Origin: an uncultured delta proteobacterium
GTDB lineage: Bacteria; Desulfobacterota; Binatia; UBA9968
Length of the DNA: 64,000 bases
Direction: 5' to 3'
NCBI GenBank assembly: GCA_963840855.1
Contig: CAWJBB010000062.1
Coordinates: 1 to 64,000 of the forward strand
How positions within the stretch are numbered: position 1 is the first letter of the stretch; each line of letters opens with the position of its first letter. Position numbers and translations under genes: made by a program. This document shows, one piece after another, positions 20,075 through 30,062 of the stretch. A model generated the notes under the pieces. It saw only the letters and a program-made list of their open reading frames with translations. It was not told the DNA's origin and made no database searches.

Positions 20075-21263
20075 CACATATAAGATTCCCATCGTCGACC
20101 TGCGCGCCCAGTACGCCGGAATTCGCGCCGAGGTGCTCGCCGCCGTCGACGAAGTGCTCGACAGCCAGCAATTTATCTTGGGACCGGCGGTGAGCCGGTT
20201 CGAAGAGCAAATGGCTCGATACCTCAGCTGCGCCCACGCCGCCGGTGTCGCCTCGGGCAGCGATGCGTTGCTGCTCGCGCTGATGGCCCTGGATATCGGT
20301 CCTGGCGACGGCGTCGTCGTCACGCCGTTCACTTTTTTTTCCACCGTGTCGTCTATCACGCGCCTCGGCGCGACGCCGCTGTTTGTCGATATCGAACCTG
20401 GCGATTATCTTCTCTCGGCCCCGGCGCTAGAAGAATGGCTCGCTCAGCGGGCGCGCTGCGAAAACGGCCGGACAGTGGATGCTAAGACGGGCCTGCGCAT
20501 CAAAGCACTACTTCCCGTGCATCTTTTCGGCCAGTGTAGCGCGATGGAGGAATTTCTATCCCTGGCGCGAAGATTCGGCCTGCGCGTCGTTGAGGATGTC
20601 GCACAGGCTTGCGGCGGCCGAACAAGAATCGCGGGCAGGGAAACATTCGCAGGCGCCATCGGTGATCTCGGCTGTTTCTCGTTCTTTCCGAGCAAAACTC
20701 TCGGTGGCTACGGCGACGGCGGACTCGTGACCACCCAGGACGCCGTGCTGGCGGACAAAATCAAGACGCTGCGCATGCATGGGGAGAACAGAAAGTATCA
20801 CCATCAGCTAAGCGGCATCAACTCACGTCTCGATTCTCTTCAAGCGGCGGTGCTCGGTGTGAAGCAACGCTATTTGGACGAATGGTGCGCGCAAAGGATC
20901 GCACGGGCGCAAACTTATCACCGGCTCTTTACCCAAAGCGGTCTCATTGGAGACGATGGAATTATCTCGATACCGCCGCCGGCGGCGGACAAAACTCATA
21001 TTTTCAACAATTACGTCGTTCGCGCCCAGCAGCGCGACGAGCTAAAAAATTTCCTCGCCGAGCGCGGCATTCAGAGCGAGGTCTATTATCCTTTGCCGCT
21101 TCACCTGCAGGAATGTTTCGCCAGACTAGAGTATAAGAAAGGGGATTTTCCAGCGGCTGAGCTTGCCGCAACCCAGGTTTTGGCGCTTCCGCTCTATCCC
21201 GAACTGGCCGCGGACGAACAAGATTACATTGTGAGCGCGATCCGGGAATTTTTCCGCGCCTAG
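20067..21263 (+). CDS. DegT/DnrJ/EryC1/StrS PLP-dependent aminotransferase
   Basis: SGSDAL, PVHLFGQ, EDVAQA, SFFPSKTLGGYGDGG, NSRLDSLQAA. Confidence 0.93.
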   Translation: MSSTYKIPIVDLRAQYAGIRAEVLAAVDEVLDSQQFILGPAVSRFEEQMARYLSCAHAAGVASGSDALLLALMALDIGPGDGVVVTPFTFFSTVSSITRLGATPLFVDIEPGDYLLSAPALEEWLAQRARCENGRTVDAKTGLRIKALLPVHLFGQCSAMEEFLSLARRFGLRVVEDVAQACGGRTRIAGRETFAGAIGDLGCFSFFPSKTLGGYGDGGLVTTQDAVLADKIKTLRMHGENRKYHHQLSGINSRLDSLQAAVLGVKQRYLDEWCAQRIARAQTYHRLFTQSGLIGDDGIISIPPPAADKTHIFNNYVVRAQQRDELKNFLAERGIQSEVYYPLPLHLQECFARLEYKKGDFPAAELAATQVLALPLYPELAADEQDYIVSAIREFFRA

Positions 21264-21331
21264 TTTTTCCCACCTGGACCTTGTGATAAAAAGAGTTCCT
21301 AATCGGGCTGATCTCGGAGAGCGTTGACACT

Positions 21332-21907
21332 ATGAAGCAAGCAATTGAATTGGCGTTTGAGGAAAGCATCCGCGTCAAGCAAGCCTTCCTGCGCGATAAT
21401 CTCGACATGCTCGTGCGGGTCATTGATGCCGTCGCTGCCGCGCTTCAACGCGGCAACAAGCTCTTGATTTTCGGCAACGGCGGCAGCGCCGCGGACGCTC
21501 AACATATCGCCGCGGAATTTACCAATCGTTTTCTCATTGAACGCCCACCGCTGGCTGCTCTGGCGTTGACCACAGACACGTCGGCGTTGACGGCCATCGC
21601 CAACGACTATGATTATTCCCAAGTATTCGCCAAGCAAATAAAAGCGTTGGGAAGAGCGGGAGACATGGCGTTGGCCATCTCGACTAGCGGCAACTCCGCC
21701 AACATTCTTCTAGCCCTCGACGCGTGCCGGGAACTCGAAATCGCGACCATAGGTTTGACCGGCGGCAAAGGCGGTAAAATGGCAGCCAAAGTCGATTTCT
21801 TATTGCAAGCATCCGAGGGTAAAACCAGCCCGCGCATTCAGGAGACCCATATACTTGTCGGCCATGTCATTTGTGAAATGGTGGATCAAAGACTGTTTAC
21901 GAGCTAG
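21332..21907 (+). CDS. gmhA: Phosphoheptose isomerase
   Basis: GNGGSAADAQH, TAIAND, ISTSGNS, RIQETH. Confidence 0.95.
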   Translation: MKQAIELAFEESIRVKQAFLRDNLDMLVRVIDAVAAALQRGNKLLIFGNGGSAADAQHIAAEFTNRFLIERPPLAALALTTDTSALTAIANDYDYSQVFAKQIKALGRAGDMALAISTSGNSANILLALDACRELEIATIGLTGGKGGKMAAKVDFLLQASEGKTSPRIQETHILVGHVICEMVDQRLFTS

Positions 21908-22061
21908 CCCACGATGATGCGACACGACCGGCCCGGCGGGCGGCCAAGTTCACTGCTTCGACCGTGGCCCGAAAACAGTATTGGCACGGGTCATCAAACA
22001 ACATAGGGTTTATCGTCGTGGGCTTTTCCGTTAGATTTCTTGAACACTTGCGGCACGGCCC

Positions 22062-22841
22062 ATGATCATCGCGCTCACGACGGACTTCGGTTATAAGGAT
22101 CCCTTCGTCGGCATCATGAAGGGCGTCATCGCCGGCATCAATCCCCAGACACGCGTCATCGATCTGAGCCACGGTGTCGCGCCCCAAGACATCATGGGCG
22201 CGGCGTTGATTTTGCGCCACTCCGTAAATCATTTCCCCCGCGGTAGTATCCATGTAGCGGTGGTTGACCCCGGAGTCGGTGGCGCGCGCCGTCCTATATT
22301 GATCGAAGCCGCAGGGAATTACTTTATTGGTCCCGACAATGGGGTTTTGAGCCTGGCGCTGGGCAATAAAGAACCGGCTCGGATCATTTATCTTTCGAAC
22401 GCGAACTACCACCGGCACCCGGTCAGCGCCACCTTTCACGGCCGCGACATCTTCGCCCCGGTGGCCGCCCATCTTTCACTTGGCATCGATGTCACAACGT
22501 TTGGTGAACCGGTTCAAGATTTTACCCGAATTACCTGGCCGGGCATTACTAAGTCGTCGGCCGGCCTCCATGGTGAGATCGTCTACATTGATGGCTTTGG
22601 CAACCTGTTTACCAACGTTACCGAGCGCGAACTGGAGGATCTGCCCGTTGATAAGCTTGCGATTAGCGTTGGTGGCGTCGTAATCCAAGGGTTAACCGCC
22701 TATTACAGCGCCGGCGGGAAAGGCAGTTGCGTCGCGCTGATTAACAGCTGGGGACTTCTGGAAGTCGCCGTTTACCAGGGCAACGCGCAGCAGTATTGCG
22801 GCGCGCGAATCGGTGACAAAATCCATATCCGCGCGCTTTAG
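22062..22841 (+). CDS. SAM hydroxide adenosyltransferase / chlorinase-fluorinase family (DUF62)
   Basis: LTTDFG, VVDPGVG, GPDNG, TFHGRDIFAP, IDGFGN. Confidence 0.93.
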   Translation: MIIALTTDFGYKDPFVGIMKGVIAGINPQTRVIDLSHGVAPQDIMGAALILRHSVNHFPRGSIHVAVVDPGVGGARRPILIEAAGNYFIGPDNGVLSLALGNKEPARIIYLSNANYHRHPVSATFHGRDIFAPVAAHLSLGIDVTTFGEPVQDFTRITWPGITKSSAGLHGEIVYIDGFGNLFTNVTERELEDLPVDKLAISVGGVVIQGLTAYYSAGGKGSCVALINSWGLLEVAVYQGNAQQYCGARIGDKIHIRAL

Positions 22842-22865
22842 CATAGGCATTCCGGGAGGGTGAAG

Positions 22866-23327
22866 ATGAGCGAAAGACTGAGCTGGGATCAATATTTCAT
22901 GACCATCACCCAACAGGTGGCGGAACGTTCCACCTGTACCCGGGCCAAGGTCGGCGCGGTGATCGTCCGCGACAAGAACATCCTCGCCACCGGTTACAAT
23001 GGCGCCCCGGCGGGCATGCCCCACTGCACCGATGTCGGCTGCCTCCTCTATGAATCGAAGACCCCGAATGGCGATACGGAGCAAAACTGCTTTCGAACCA
23101 TCCACGCGGAAATGAACGCCATAGCCCAGGCAGCCAAGAACGGCTCCAACATTAAGGATGGAGCGATCTATATCACTCACACGCCCTGCATTCACTGCCT
23201 TAAGGTGTTGGTCAACACCGGTATCAAGGATATCTACTACGAGAAACCTTACAAACTGCACACCCTAGAAGAGCTGCTGCGCTATACGCAGGTGCACCTT
23301 TACAAAGTGGAGCTGCCGGAAAAATAA
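22866..23327 (+). CDS. dCMP deaminase (ComEB-like)
   Basis: WDQYFM, RSTC, TGYNG, HAEMNA, PCIHC; GGAGG SD before the ATG at 22866. Confidence 0.92.
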   Translation: MSERLSWDQYFMTITQQVAERSTCTRAKVGAVIVRDKNILATGYNGAPAGMPHCTDVGCLLYESKTPNGDTEQNCFRTIHAEMNAIAQAAKNGSNIKDGAIYITHTPCIHCLKVLVNTGIKDIYYEKPYKLHTLEELLRYTQVHLYKVELPEK

Positions 23328-23356
23328 AAAGGCGGGAACTCTATCCCGCCTTTTTA
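23325..23356. terminator. Bidirectional intrinsic terminator
   Basis: TAAAAAGGCGGGA-ACTCTA-TCCCGCCTTTTTA between convergent genes. Confidence 0.9.
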
Positions 23357-23375
23357 CTTTTTGACGATTTAACAG

Positions 23376-23705
23376 CTAGATTTTACCTTGCAGTAATATC
23401 GCAATGACGAAGCCGTAGAGCGCCAAAGCTTCGAGCAGCGCCAGAGTCAATACCAACGGTAAGAACAACTTTTCGGCGGCATTTGGATTGCGCCCGATGC
23501 TTTCCATGGCAGCGGCGCCCACGCGCCCTTGGCCCAAGGCGGCACCGAAGGCGGCGATTGCTACCGCTACACCCGCGGCAATGGCAACGGCAGCTTTGAC
23601 CTGCGCGTCACCACCCGCTGTCGTACCCTCGGCAGCAGCTAAGGCTGCACCGGAGCTGACCAGGGTTACGAAAAGCCCGCCCAAGACTGCAAACAGCTTT
23701 CTCAT
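23376..23705 (-). CDS. atpE: ATP synthase F0 subunit c with N-terminal extension
   Basis: GQG, RNP loop, conserved carboxylate in LLEALALY. Confidence 0.95.
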   Translation of the reverse strand: MRKLFAVLGGLFVTLVSSGAALAAAEGTTAGGDAQVKAAVAIAAGVAVAIAAFGAALGQGRVGAAAMESIGRNPNAAEKLFLPLVLTLALLEALALYGFVIAILLQGKI

Positions 23706-23776
23706 CTCTCTCCTCCTTTCCAGCGAATCCGGCCTACCACACCTCTTTCCTCATCCTCGCCAAAGCGGCCCATCGC

Positions 23777-24559
23777 TTAATGGTGTGATTCTTGCCCGTG
23801 CCCCTCATCAGATCCATGACTGATCGCTAGGGCGACGTAAATCATGCTGAGCAATGTGAAAACAAAAGCCTGGATTACCGACACGAGTGTACCCATGGCG
23901 TAAAACGCCACCGGCACGACGAGCTTAGTGAGGCCGATGAATGCTTCGATGACCTGGTGGTCTCCCATCATGTTCCCGAAAAGACGCAACGAGAGCGAAA
24001 CAGGCCTGAAAACATGTGAAAAGCCCTCCAATATGAAGAAAAACAACACCGAGATGACCAGCACCGGCAGCAGCGCGATCTTCCCGATCAGGCTTCTCGC
24101 CGGCAAACTCGTCATGGGCCCGAAGAAGTGTTTGAGGTAGGCTACGCCCTGCTGACGCGCCCCGATAATATTGTAACCGGCGAAGGAGCACAGCGCTAAG
24201 CCAATTGTCGTGTTGAGATTAGCCGTAGGCGATCCGAAACCCGGCAAAAGCCCCATCAAATTGCTGAACAATATGAAAATGAAAAAGCTACCGAAATACG
24301 GGACATACTTCCGCCCTTCCTTGCCGATGATGCTATCGCTCTGGCTCACTACTAACTGGACCAGGAGTTCGGCGATGTTGCGGGCGCCGAGTTCCGCTAC
24401 TGGAATCACGGGATCCTTGGCCATCGTAAGGGCCGCGCGCGCCTTAACGGCGAAAAGCAGTACTAGCAAGGCAGCGACGAGGGCGAAGAAGGTATGTTCG
24501 CCGATTAGATGCTGTAATTCCTCGGGCAACAGGACATACCAAGTAAACGGATGATGCAT
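23777..24559 (-). CDS. atpB: ATP synthase F0 subunit a
   Basis: RPVSLSLRLFGNM, IQAFVFTLL. Confidence 0.95.
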   Translation of the reverse strand: MHHPFTWYVLLPEELQHLIGEHTFFALVAALLVLLFAVKARAALTMAKDPVIPVAELGARNIAELLVQLVVSQSDSIIGKEGRKYVPYFGSFFIFILFSNLMGLLPGFGSPTANLNTTIGLALCSFAGYNIIGARQQGVAYLKHFFGPMTSLPARSLIGKIALLPVLVISVLFFFILEGFSHVFRPVSLSLRLFGNMMGDHQVIEAFIGLTKLVVPVAFYAMGTLVSVIQAFVFTLLSMIYVALAISHGSDEGHGQESHH

Positions 24560-24562
24560 GCT

Positions 24563-24940
24563 TTAAGTCCCCAAGCTACTTCCTGATCTCATCGCCTCGA
24601 TAACAATGGCTAAGAGCAGCGTCGAAAACCCGAAAGCAAACGAGATCGCGTCCAGACCCAACTCGAAAAACACTATAGATATCAGTCCCAAGAAAAGGAC
24701 GACTTTAAGCACCAAAAGCGCGACTCCCGCCTTAACCCTGCCTTTACTGGCGAGGGGCGTTAGTATCCACGCCACGCCGTAACATAGAAGGAGAAAATTA
24801 ATTCCCATGAACACCCCGCCCAGGAGCATCGCTTTGGGCTCCACTAGGCGCGCTGGTGCTAAGGTCCCGAGTAATACCATGAGCAAACCGGCGTGCCAGA
24901 GTTCAATTCGCAGTATAGTCCTATTTGCTGCCGTCGCCAT
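24563..24940 (-). CDS. atpI: ATP synthase protein I-like (4 TM)
   Basis: Hydrophobic 125 aa protein directly upstream of atpB. Confidence 0.75.
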   Translation of the reverse strand: MATAANRTILRIELWHAGLLMVLLGTLAPARLVEPKAMLLGGVFMGINFLLLCYGVAWILTPLASKGRVKAGVALLVLKVVLFLGLISIVFFELGLDAISFAFGFSTLLLAIVIEAMRSGSSLGT

Positions 24941-25190
24941 CGCGTTCCCGCGAAAAAAACCGGGCCCAACGAATTAGCCTTACAAAGGCCCCGGCAAAAG
25001 CAATTGCCGTAAAGCTGATCAATAGCCACGGGGAAGTTTGAAAATAGTTATCCAAGAGGTACCCAATTGCCAGACCACCAATAATGGTTCCGGGTAATTC
25101 AAACGCAACTCCTAAATATAAGCCCGCTTTACGCAGAAAGGGAGTCTGACGGTCTTGCTGGCGATCGGGGCGGCTACCAACTGTCCCCAC
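24921..25190 (-). CDS. AtpZ/AtpI-family (ATPase gene 1) small membrane protein
   Basis: GxxIGYLLDxYFxTxPW motif. Start uncertain: GTG at 25190 or 25208. Confidence 0.8.
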   Translation of the reverse strand: MGTVGSRPDRQQDRQTPFLRKAGLYLGVAFELPGTIIGGLAIGYLLDNYFQTSPWLLISFTAIAFAGAFVRLIRWARFFSRERDGDGSK

Positions 25191-25198
25191 TGGGCTTG

Positions 25199-25227
25199 CT
25201 TCTAGCACGAAGATCGAGAGTGATCAA
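25199..25227 (-). promoter_or_regulatory. Candidate promoter of the F0 operon
   Basis: TTGATC-17-TAGAAG with a TGn extension. Confidence 0.45.
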
Positions 25228-25379
25228 CCGGCGTTCTCCTGCTTCGTCCAATCAATAAGGGCGCTATTAGCACGGCACAGGTCGGCGCAGCTGTGCGCGA
25301 GCGAGATGGATATTGCGGTCGAATGGAGCCGCTAGCCGATAGGCACCGCCCGCGCATGCCTGGAAAAAATTGCACGAAG

Positions 25380-25388
25380 TGTGAATAA
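25380..25388. promoter_or_regulatory. DnaA box (TTWTNCACA type) upstream of dnaA
   Basis: TGTGAATAA is the reverse complement of TTATTCACA. Confidence 0.5.
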
Positions 25389-25619
25389 AATTTCCGCTAT
25401 TAGGATCATAGATATGCGGGCCTATTGCGAGCGTAATAAAAAATGGTTTTGCTCCGGCCGCTTATCACGCGCGTACCGGGCTGCTAACGCCGCGCAGAAT
25501 TTTCCCCGTGCCTGCTCGTAAAGCAGCAATTTTTTATGCCTGAATTGAGGCGATATCACGCTTGGTACCTATGAATGTATGTGTGACAAAAGAAATTTTT
25601 TTTTCTTGGCTTTTTTTTC

Positions 25620-25648
25620 TTGCAATCAAAACTGAAAAGGATTATTAC
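25620..25648 (+). promoter_or_regulatory. Candidate dnaA promoter
   Basis: TTGCAA-17-TATTAC preceded by a T-rich UP-like tract. Confidence 0.45.
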
Positions 25649-25830
25649 AGTCGCTTCCGAACATCGGACGAACAAATTTCACCAATACCTTCTCCGCTGT
25701 TTCGTGCGATGTGTTCTTTTTTTTACGTAGCATGGACTGAACATACTACACTAGCGATGTCGCGTTGCGCTCGCTGTTGGTAAGTGTCGCCATGAGGATT
25801 CTATTTAATTGTTTTCGTTGGATTATTCGA

Positions 25831-25852
25831 CTTATCCACAATTGTGGATAAG
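25831..25852. promoter_or_regulatory. Pair of perfect inverted DnaA boxes
   Basis: C-TTATCCACA-AT-TGTGGATAA-G, a perfect 22-bp palindrome about 60 bp before dnaA. Confidence 0.92.
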
Positions 25853-25909
25853 CTTGTTTGTAACTTATTTGCCCCATGATAATTGGGTGGTAGCGGTCTG
25901 GTGCGAATC

Positions 25910-27244
25910 ATGAAAGACGTATGGCCTGAAGTTGCTGCTATTTTGCGTGAGCGCTTAGGAAAACAAAACTTTGAATCTTGGATCAAACCCCTTCGCGTTG
26001 CCTCGCCTGCAAAAAATGAAGTTGTTCTTCAAGCGCCCAATAAACTTCATTGCGAGTGGCTCAAAGAACATTTTATCGCGACCATCGAAGACACGGCGGC
26101 AGCCATCGCCGGCCACGAGGTTACAGTCACACTGAGTGTCGACCAGAACCCGCCCAGGGGCGAACAGCCACGCCCCGCAAGCGCGCAAATAGAACGCGGG
26201 CCAGAAAAGGTCCATCGGCAAAATAATCTTCTTCCACAATACACGTTTGAAGACTTTGTCATCGGCGCAAGCAACCAATTTGCCCACGCTGCTTCTTTAG
26301 CCGTGGCCAATCAACCGGGAGAAACTTACAATCCATTGTTTATATACGGCGGTGTCGGGCTGGGAAAAACTCACCTTGTTAATGCTATAGGCCATAGAGC
26401 CGCCGCGAGACGCCCAGCCGCAAAAATCCTCTACCTCAGTTCCGAATCCTTCATGAACGAGCTCATTGCCTCTATTAGAAGGGACCGGATGGACGAATTC
26501 AAAAAGAAATTTCGCAATATCGATCTTTTAATCGTAGACGATGTGCAGTTTATCGGCGGAAAGGAGCGCACTCAAGAAGAGTTCTTTCATACGTTTAATT
26601 CGCTTTACGAATCGCATAAGCAGATCGTCATAACAGCAGACAAATTTCCCAAGGAAATTCCGGGCCTGGAGGACAGGTTGCGAAATCGGTTCGAGTGGGG
26701 CCTGATCGCTGATATTCAACCGCCCGATATGGAAACCCGCGTGGCGATTTTGCAGAAAAAGGCCGAGCACGTAAACGTACTATTACCGCACGACGTCGCG
26801 GTTTTCTTGGCCACCCATATCGATTCAAACGTGCGCGAGTTGGAAGGATCGCTCACTCGCTTGGGCGCTTTCGCCTCCATGACCAAATCACCGATCACCT
26901 TGGAACTTACCAAAGAAGTCCTGCGCCATATGCTCAAGGGCGCCGAGCGCGATCTAACCGTCGAGAGCATTCAAAAGACAATTTGTGATTATTATCATAT
27001 AAAATTAGGCGATCTGAAGGCCAAACGAAGAACCAAAAATATCGCTCTGCCGCGCCAGGTGGCCATGTATCTATGCCGCAAACATACCGAAACTTCTTTC
27101 CCTGCCATCGGCGATAAATTCGGCGGCCGCGACCACTCAACGGTCATACACGCTTCGAAAACCATCGAAAAGAAAATTAAAGACGATCCTCACATGCAAT
27201 CAGCAATCGCAAGCATTGAGCGGAACTTGAATATTCGAAAATAG
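25910..27244 (+). CDS. dnaA: Chromosomal replication initiator DnaA
   Basis: [47 protein letters not shown]; ATG at 25910. Confidence 0.99.
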   Translation: MKDVWPEVAAILRERLGKQNFESWIKPLRVASPAKNEVVLQAPNKLHCEWLKEHFIATIEDTAAAIAGHEVTVTLSVDQNPPRGEQPRPASAQIERGPEKVHRQNNLLPQYTFEDFVIGASNQFAHAASLAVANQPGETYNPLFIYGGVGLGKTHLVNAIGHRAAARRPAAKILYLSSESFMNELIASIRRDRMDEFKKKFRNIDLLIVDDVQFIGGKERTQEEFFHTFNSLYESHKQIVITADKFPKEIPGLEDRLRNRFEWGLIADIQPPDMETRVAILQKKAEHVNVLLPHDVAVFLATHIDSNVRELEGSLTRLGAFASMTKSPITLELTKEVLRHMLKGAERDLTVESIQKTICDYYHIKLGDLKAKRRTKNIALPRQVAMYLCRKHTETSFPAIGDKFGGRDHSTVIHASKTIEKKIKDDPHMQSAIASIERNLNIRK

Positions 27245-27487
27245 CTGTGAATATTCTGTTGGTATCGAGAGGTCTAATTGTTAACGAAGGTTGACGAAAG
27301 ACCATTACGGGGTCTAGGGTTGCAATAAGCGGATTGACTCTTCAAAATAGCCCACAGAACAACAGTTCGTTTTCAAAAGGAATTTGCGAGTTTTCCGAGT
27401 TATCCACAGCCTCTATTATTACTCCTAGAAGATATTAATTAAGAAAAGATTTAGGAATGCCTGTTTACGATCGGAGAGCGAGGACGT
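27245..27487. other. Probable oriC unwinding region (dnaA-dnaN intergenic)
   Basis: Perfect box TTATCCACA at 27400-27408, then a GCC spacer, trio-like CTATTATTACT and AT-rich GATATTAATTAAGAAAA; degenerate boxes near 27246 and 27348. Confidence 0.85.
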
Positions 27488-28594
27488 ATGGAAATCAAAG
27501 CTAAGCGAGGAGATCTTCTCGCCACGCTTTATTGGGCGCAAAACATCGTCGAGCGGCGCAACACGATGCCGATTCTGGCGAATGCCTTGATTGATGCGCA
27601 AAAGAACAAGGTCCTGCTCGCCGCTACGGATCTGGAAGTAGGCGTCAGGGGAGAGGTCGAAGGGGAAATTGTAAAACCGGGGGCGTTGACGGTCAACGCG
27701 AAGAAACTCTATGAAATCGTGCGCGAGATACCTGCGGATCAGGTTCACATGAAAAGACTGGAGAATGACTGGGTTGAGATTAGAAGTGGTAAATCGGTGT
27801 TCAAGATCGTCGGTATGGATGCACGGGAATTTCCGCAATTTCCCAAAATTGATGCCAAGGGACAGTCAACCGTGCATGCAAGCCTTATGCGTGGCATGAT
27901 CGAAAGGACGATATTTGCGGTCTCGACGGATGAGACGCGCTATAGCCTGAATGGGGTTTTTCTAGAGGAAGCTGACGGCGGCAAGGTGAGGATGGTATCA
28001 ACGGATGGGCATCGATTGGCGTTCGAGGAGCAGTTGCTGGGTGTATTGGGACTTGGCAAAGGCGTCATTTTGCCGCGAAAAGGTCTGGGTGAGTTGAGAA
28101 AGCTCATGGAGAACGATGATGAGGGTGAGATTTCCATCGGCTTCAAGGAAAATATGGCTCTTGTGAGTAAGGACAAAGTCGAGTTGTTCATGCGTCTTAT
28201 TGACGGTGACTTCCCCGATTACACCAAGGTTATTCCTCAAGGCAATCCGAATCTTGCCAAAATAGACCACGGCGAGCTATTGCAGGCACTGAGGCGCGTA
28301 TCAATTCTGTCCAGTGAGCGCTATAAGGGGGTTAAGCTGGAATTTTCTCACAATAATGTCTCAATATCCGCGAACAATCCTGACCTTGGCGAAGCGGTGG
28401 AAGAAGTCGATGCCGAATATAACGGCGCGCCAATATCGATCGGTTTTAACGCCCGTTATATACTTGATGTCCTGGGGGTGTTGGGAAGCGACGGAGAGAT
28501 CGATATAGAGATGAAAGATGAGCTGAGCCCAAGCATTATCCGAAAGTCGGCTAACGCAGGATATCTCTACGTGCTTATGCCCATGAGGCTGTAG
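27488..28594 (+). CDS. dnaN: DNA polymerase III beta clamp
   Basis: ATDLEV, STDETRYSLNG, STDGHRL, FPDY, GFNARY, VLMPMRL. Confidence 0.98.
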   Translation: MEIKAKRGDLLATLYWAQNIVERRNTMPILANALIDAQKNKVLLAATDLEVGVRGEVEGEIVKPGALTVNAKKLYEIVREIPADQVHMKRLENDWVEIRSGKSVFKIVGMDAREFPQFPKIDAKGQSTVHASLMRGMIERTIFAVSTDETRYSLNGVFLEEADGGKVRMVSTDGHRLAFEEQLLGVLGLGKGVILPRKGLGELRKLMENDDEGEISIGFKENMALVSKDKVELFMRLIDGDFPDYTKVIPQGNPNLAKIDHGELLQALRRVSILSSERYKGVKLEFSHNNVSISANNPDLGEAVEEVDAEYNGAPISIGFNARYILDVLGVLGSDGEIDIEMKDELSPSIIRKSANAGYLYVLMPMRL

Positions 28595-28628
28595 TATGTC
28601 TTTGCTCCAGCAATCTGCCTGCCAGGGT

Positions 28629-29492
28629 TTAACTTTTATAGCGCGCGTCCGCCGCATATTTATCATTAAGGCCGACGATTTCATTGAAGTCGTCAAAAGG
28701 CATTAGCTTATCCAAAATCTTAATCGTCGAGCCTTCGCGACGCAGCGTGCCATAGGTGTCCGCCAGGGTTTTAGCTACAGAATATAACGGCGCTAGCGGC
28801 CAGACTATCAATTGAAATCCTAGCTCTTTCAGCTCTGCTGGTCCCATAAGCGGCGTTACGCCGCGTTCAAGCATATTCGCAACGAGGGGTCCCGGTACGC
28901 GGCTGGCGATCCCTTTCATTTCTTCCTTGCTTTGGGGTGCCTCGATAAAAACCGCATCTGCGCCCGCTTCTTTGAAAGCGACACCGCGAGTTATTGCTTC
29001 GTCCAGCCCCATGGCCTGGCGCGAGTCGGTACGAGCGACGATGAAGAAGTTGCGGTCTTTTCTAGCATCGATAGCGGCGCGCAGTTTGTTCAGTTGCTCC
29101 TCGAGGGTAATGACTTGTTTACCCTTCATATGGCCGCAGCGTTTCGGCCATACCTGGTCTTCAAGAAACATGCCCGCCGCGCCGGCGCGGATAAGGTCTT
29201 CTACGGTCCGGATGACATTTATGGCGTTTCCATACCCCGTATCTGCGTCGACAATCACGGGCGTGTCGCTCACCGCACAAATGCGAGTCGCCGCGTTGAC
29301 AACTTCAGTCTGGGTGAGAAGGCCAAAATCCGGCTCTCCAAGAAGGGTCGCCGATAAGCTATAGCCAGTGATGAAAACAACTTCAAAGCCGGAGCGGGCA
29401 GCGATCTTGGCGCTCAGAGCGTCATAGACACCAGGCATGACAAGCTGCCCATGCTGGTCTAAGAGTTGGCGAACCGAATTTGCGTTTGGCAT
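28629..29492 (-). CDS. Isocitrate lyase/PEP mutase family enzyme (2-methylisocitrate or 2,3-dimethylmalate lyase-like)
   Basis: YDALSA, DADTGYG, EDQ..PKRCGH, ARTD. Confidence 0.9.
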   Translation of the reverse strand: MPNANSVRQLLDQHGQLVMPGVYDALSAKIAARSGFEVVFITGYSLSATLLGEPDFGLLTQTEVVNAATRICAVSDTPVIVDADTGYGNAINVIRTVEDLIRAGAAGMFLEDQVWPKRCGHMKGKQVITLEEQLNKLRAAIDARKDRNFFIVARTDSRQAMGLDEAITRGVAFKEAGADAVFIEAPQSKEEMKGIASRVPGPLVANMLERGVTPLMGPAELKELGFQLIVWPLAPLYSVAKTLADTYGTLRREGSTIKILDKLMPFDDFNEIVGLNDKYAADARYKS

Positions 29493-29587
29493 AGGGTCTC
29501 CGGAAGGGTTAGAGCGGCAATTTACATCACTAGAACGACACTGGCGAAAACGCTCCGGCCGAAAACTAAAGCTCCGCCGGGAAGGAG

Positions 29588-29950
29588 TTATCGCCTGGCG
29601 CCTCGCCCGAAACCGCCGCGGTGAACCATCGGCTCTAGCTTCGGCGAAACACGCAAGAGTCGTGCGACCTTGAGGCCAAGAATGTCTTCGGCATAACGGG
29701 ATTTGTCCAGATGGTCACAACAGGCCTTGATCTTTTGCCGAATTTGGTGCCGCTTCACCATGTCGCTCTTGGCCTGCTTGAGTTCCTCAAGGTCTAGAAT
29801 CAAATCGCCCTCATGGCCGCGTAGGGTAAGACGAACAGTAAACCGCGATCCCTGCCCTTCGTGGGCTGTGTGGTCGATCTTCTTGTTGATGCTCCGAAGA
29901 ATATTTCCCAACAACGCTTCTTCTTCCTGATTGACACCTTTTCCAAACAT
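29588..29950 (-). CDS. Hypothetical basic protein with a C-terminal RGG-like tail
   Basis: AGGAG SD; upstream TTGATT-17-TAGATT; ends HRGGFGRGARR. Confidence 0.7.
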   Translation of the reverse strand: MFGKGVNQEEEALLGNILRSINKKIDHTAHEGQGSRFTVRLTLRGHEGDLILDLEELKQAKSDMVKRHQIRQKIKACCDHLDKSRYAEDILGLKVARLLRVSPKLEPMVHRGGFGRGARR

Positions 29951-30062
29951 GACTTCTCCTTACAAATATCTTTGAGCGCAGAAAAATCTATGCCCATCGC
30001 GGCTTAAAATCAATTTCGCTGACCGCTACAGACCGCTGCCGGAATGACGCTGCTTTCCATGA

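Noticed and set aside
21981-21998. TTGGCAC as a sigma54 promoter before the DUF62 gene
   Set aside because: No GC at the -12 position.
22062-22841. Fluorinase/chlorinase natural-product gene
   Set aside because: Housekeeping context with no biosynthetic cluster; the motifs fit the common DUF62 SAM hydrolase.
23376-23705. Na+-translocating ATP synthase
   Set aside because: The c subunit has Q and Y but E-A-L rather than E-S/T at the binding site, so H+ coupling is more likely.
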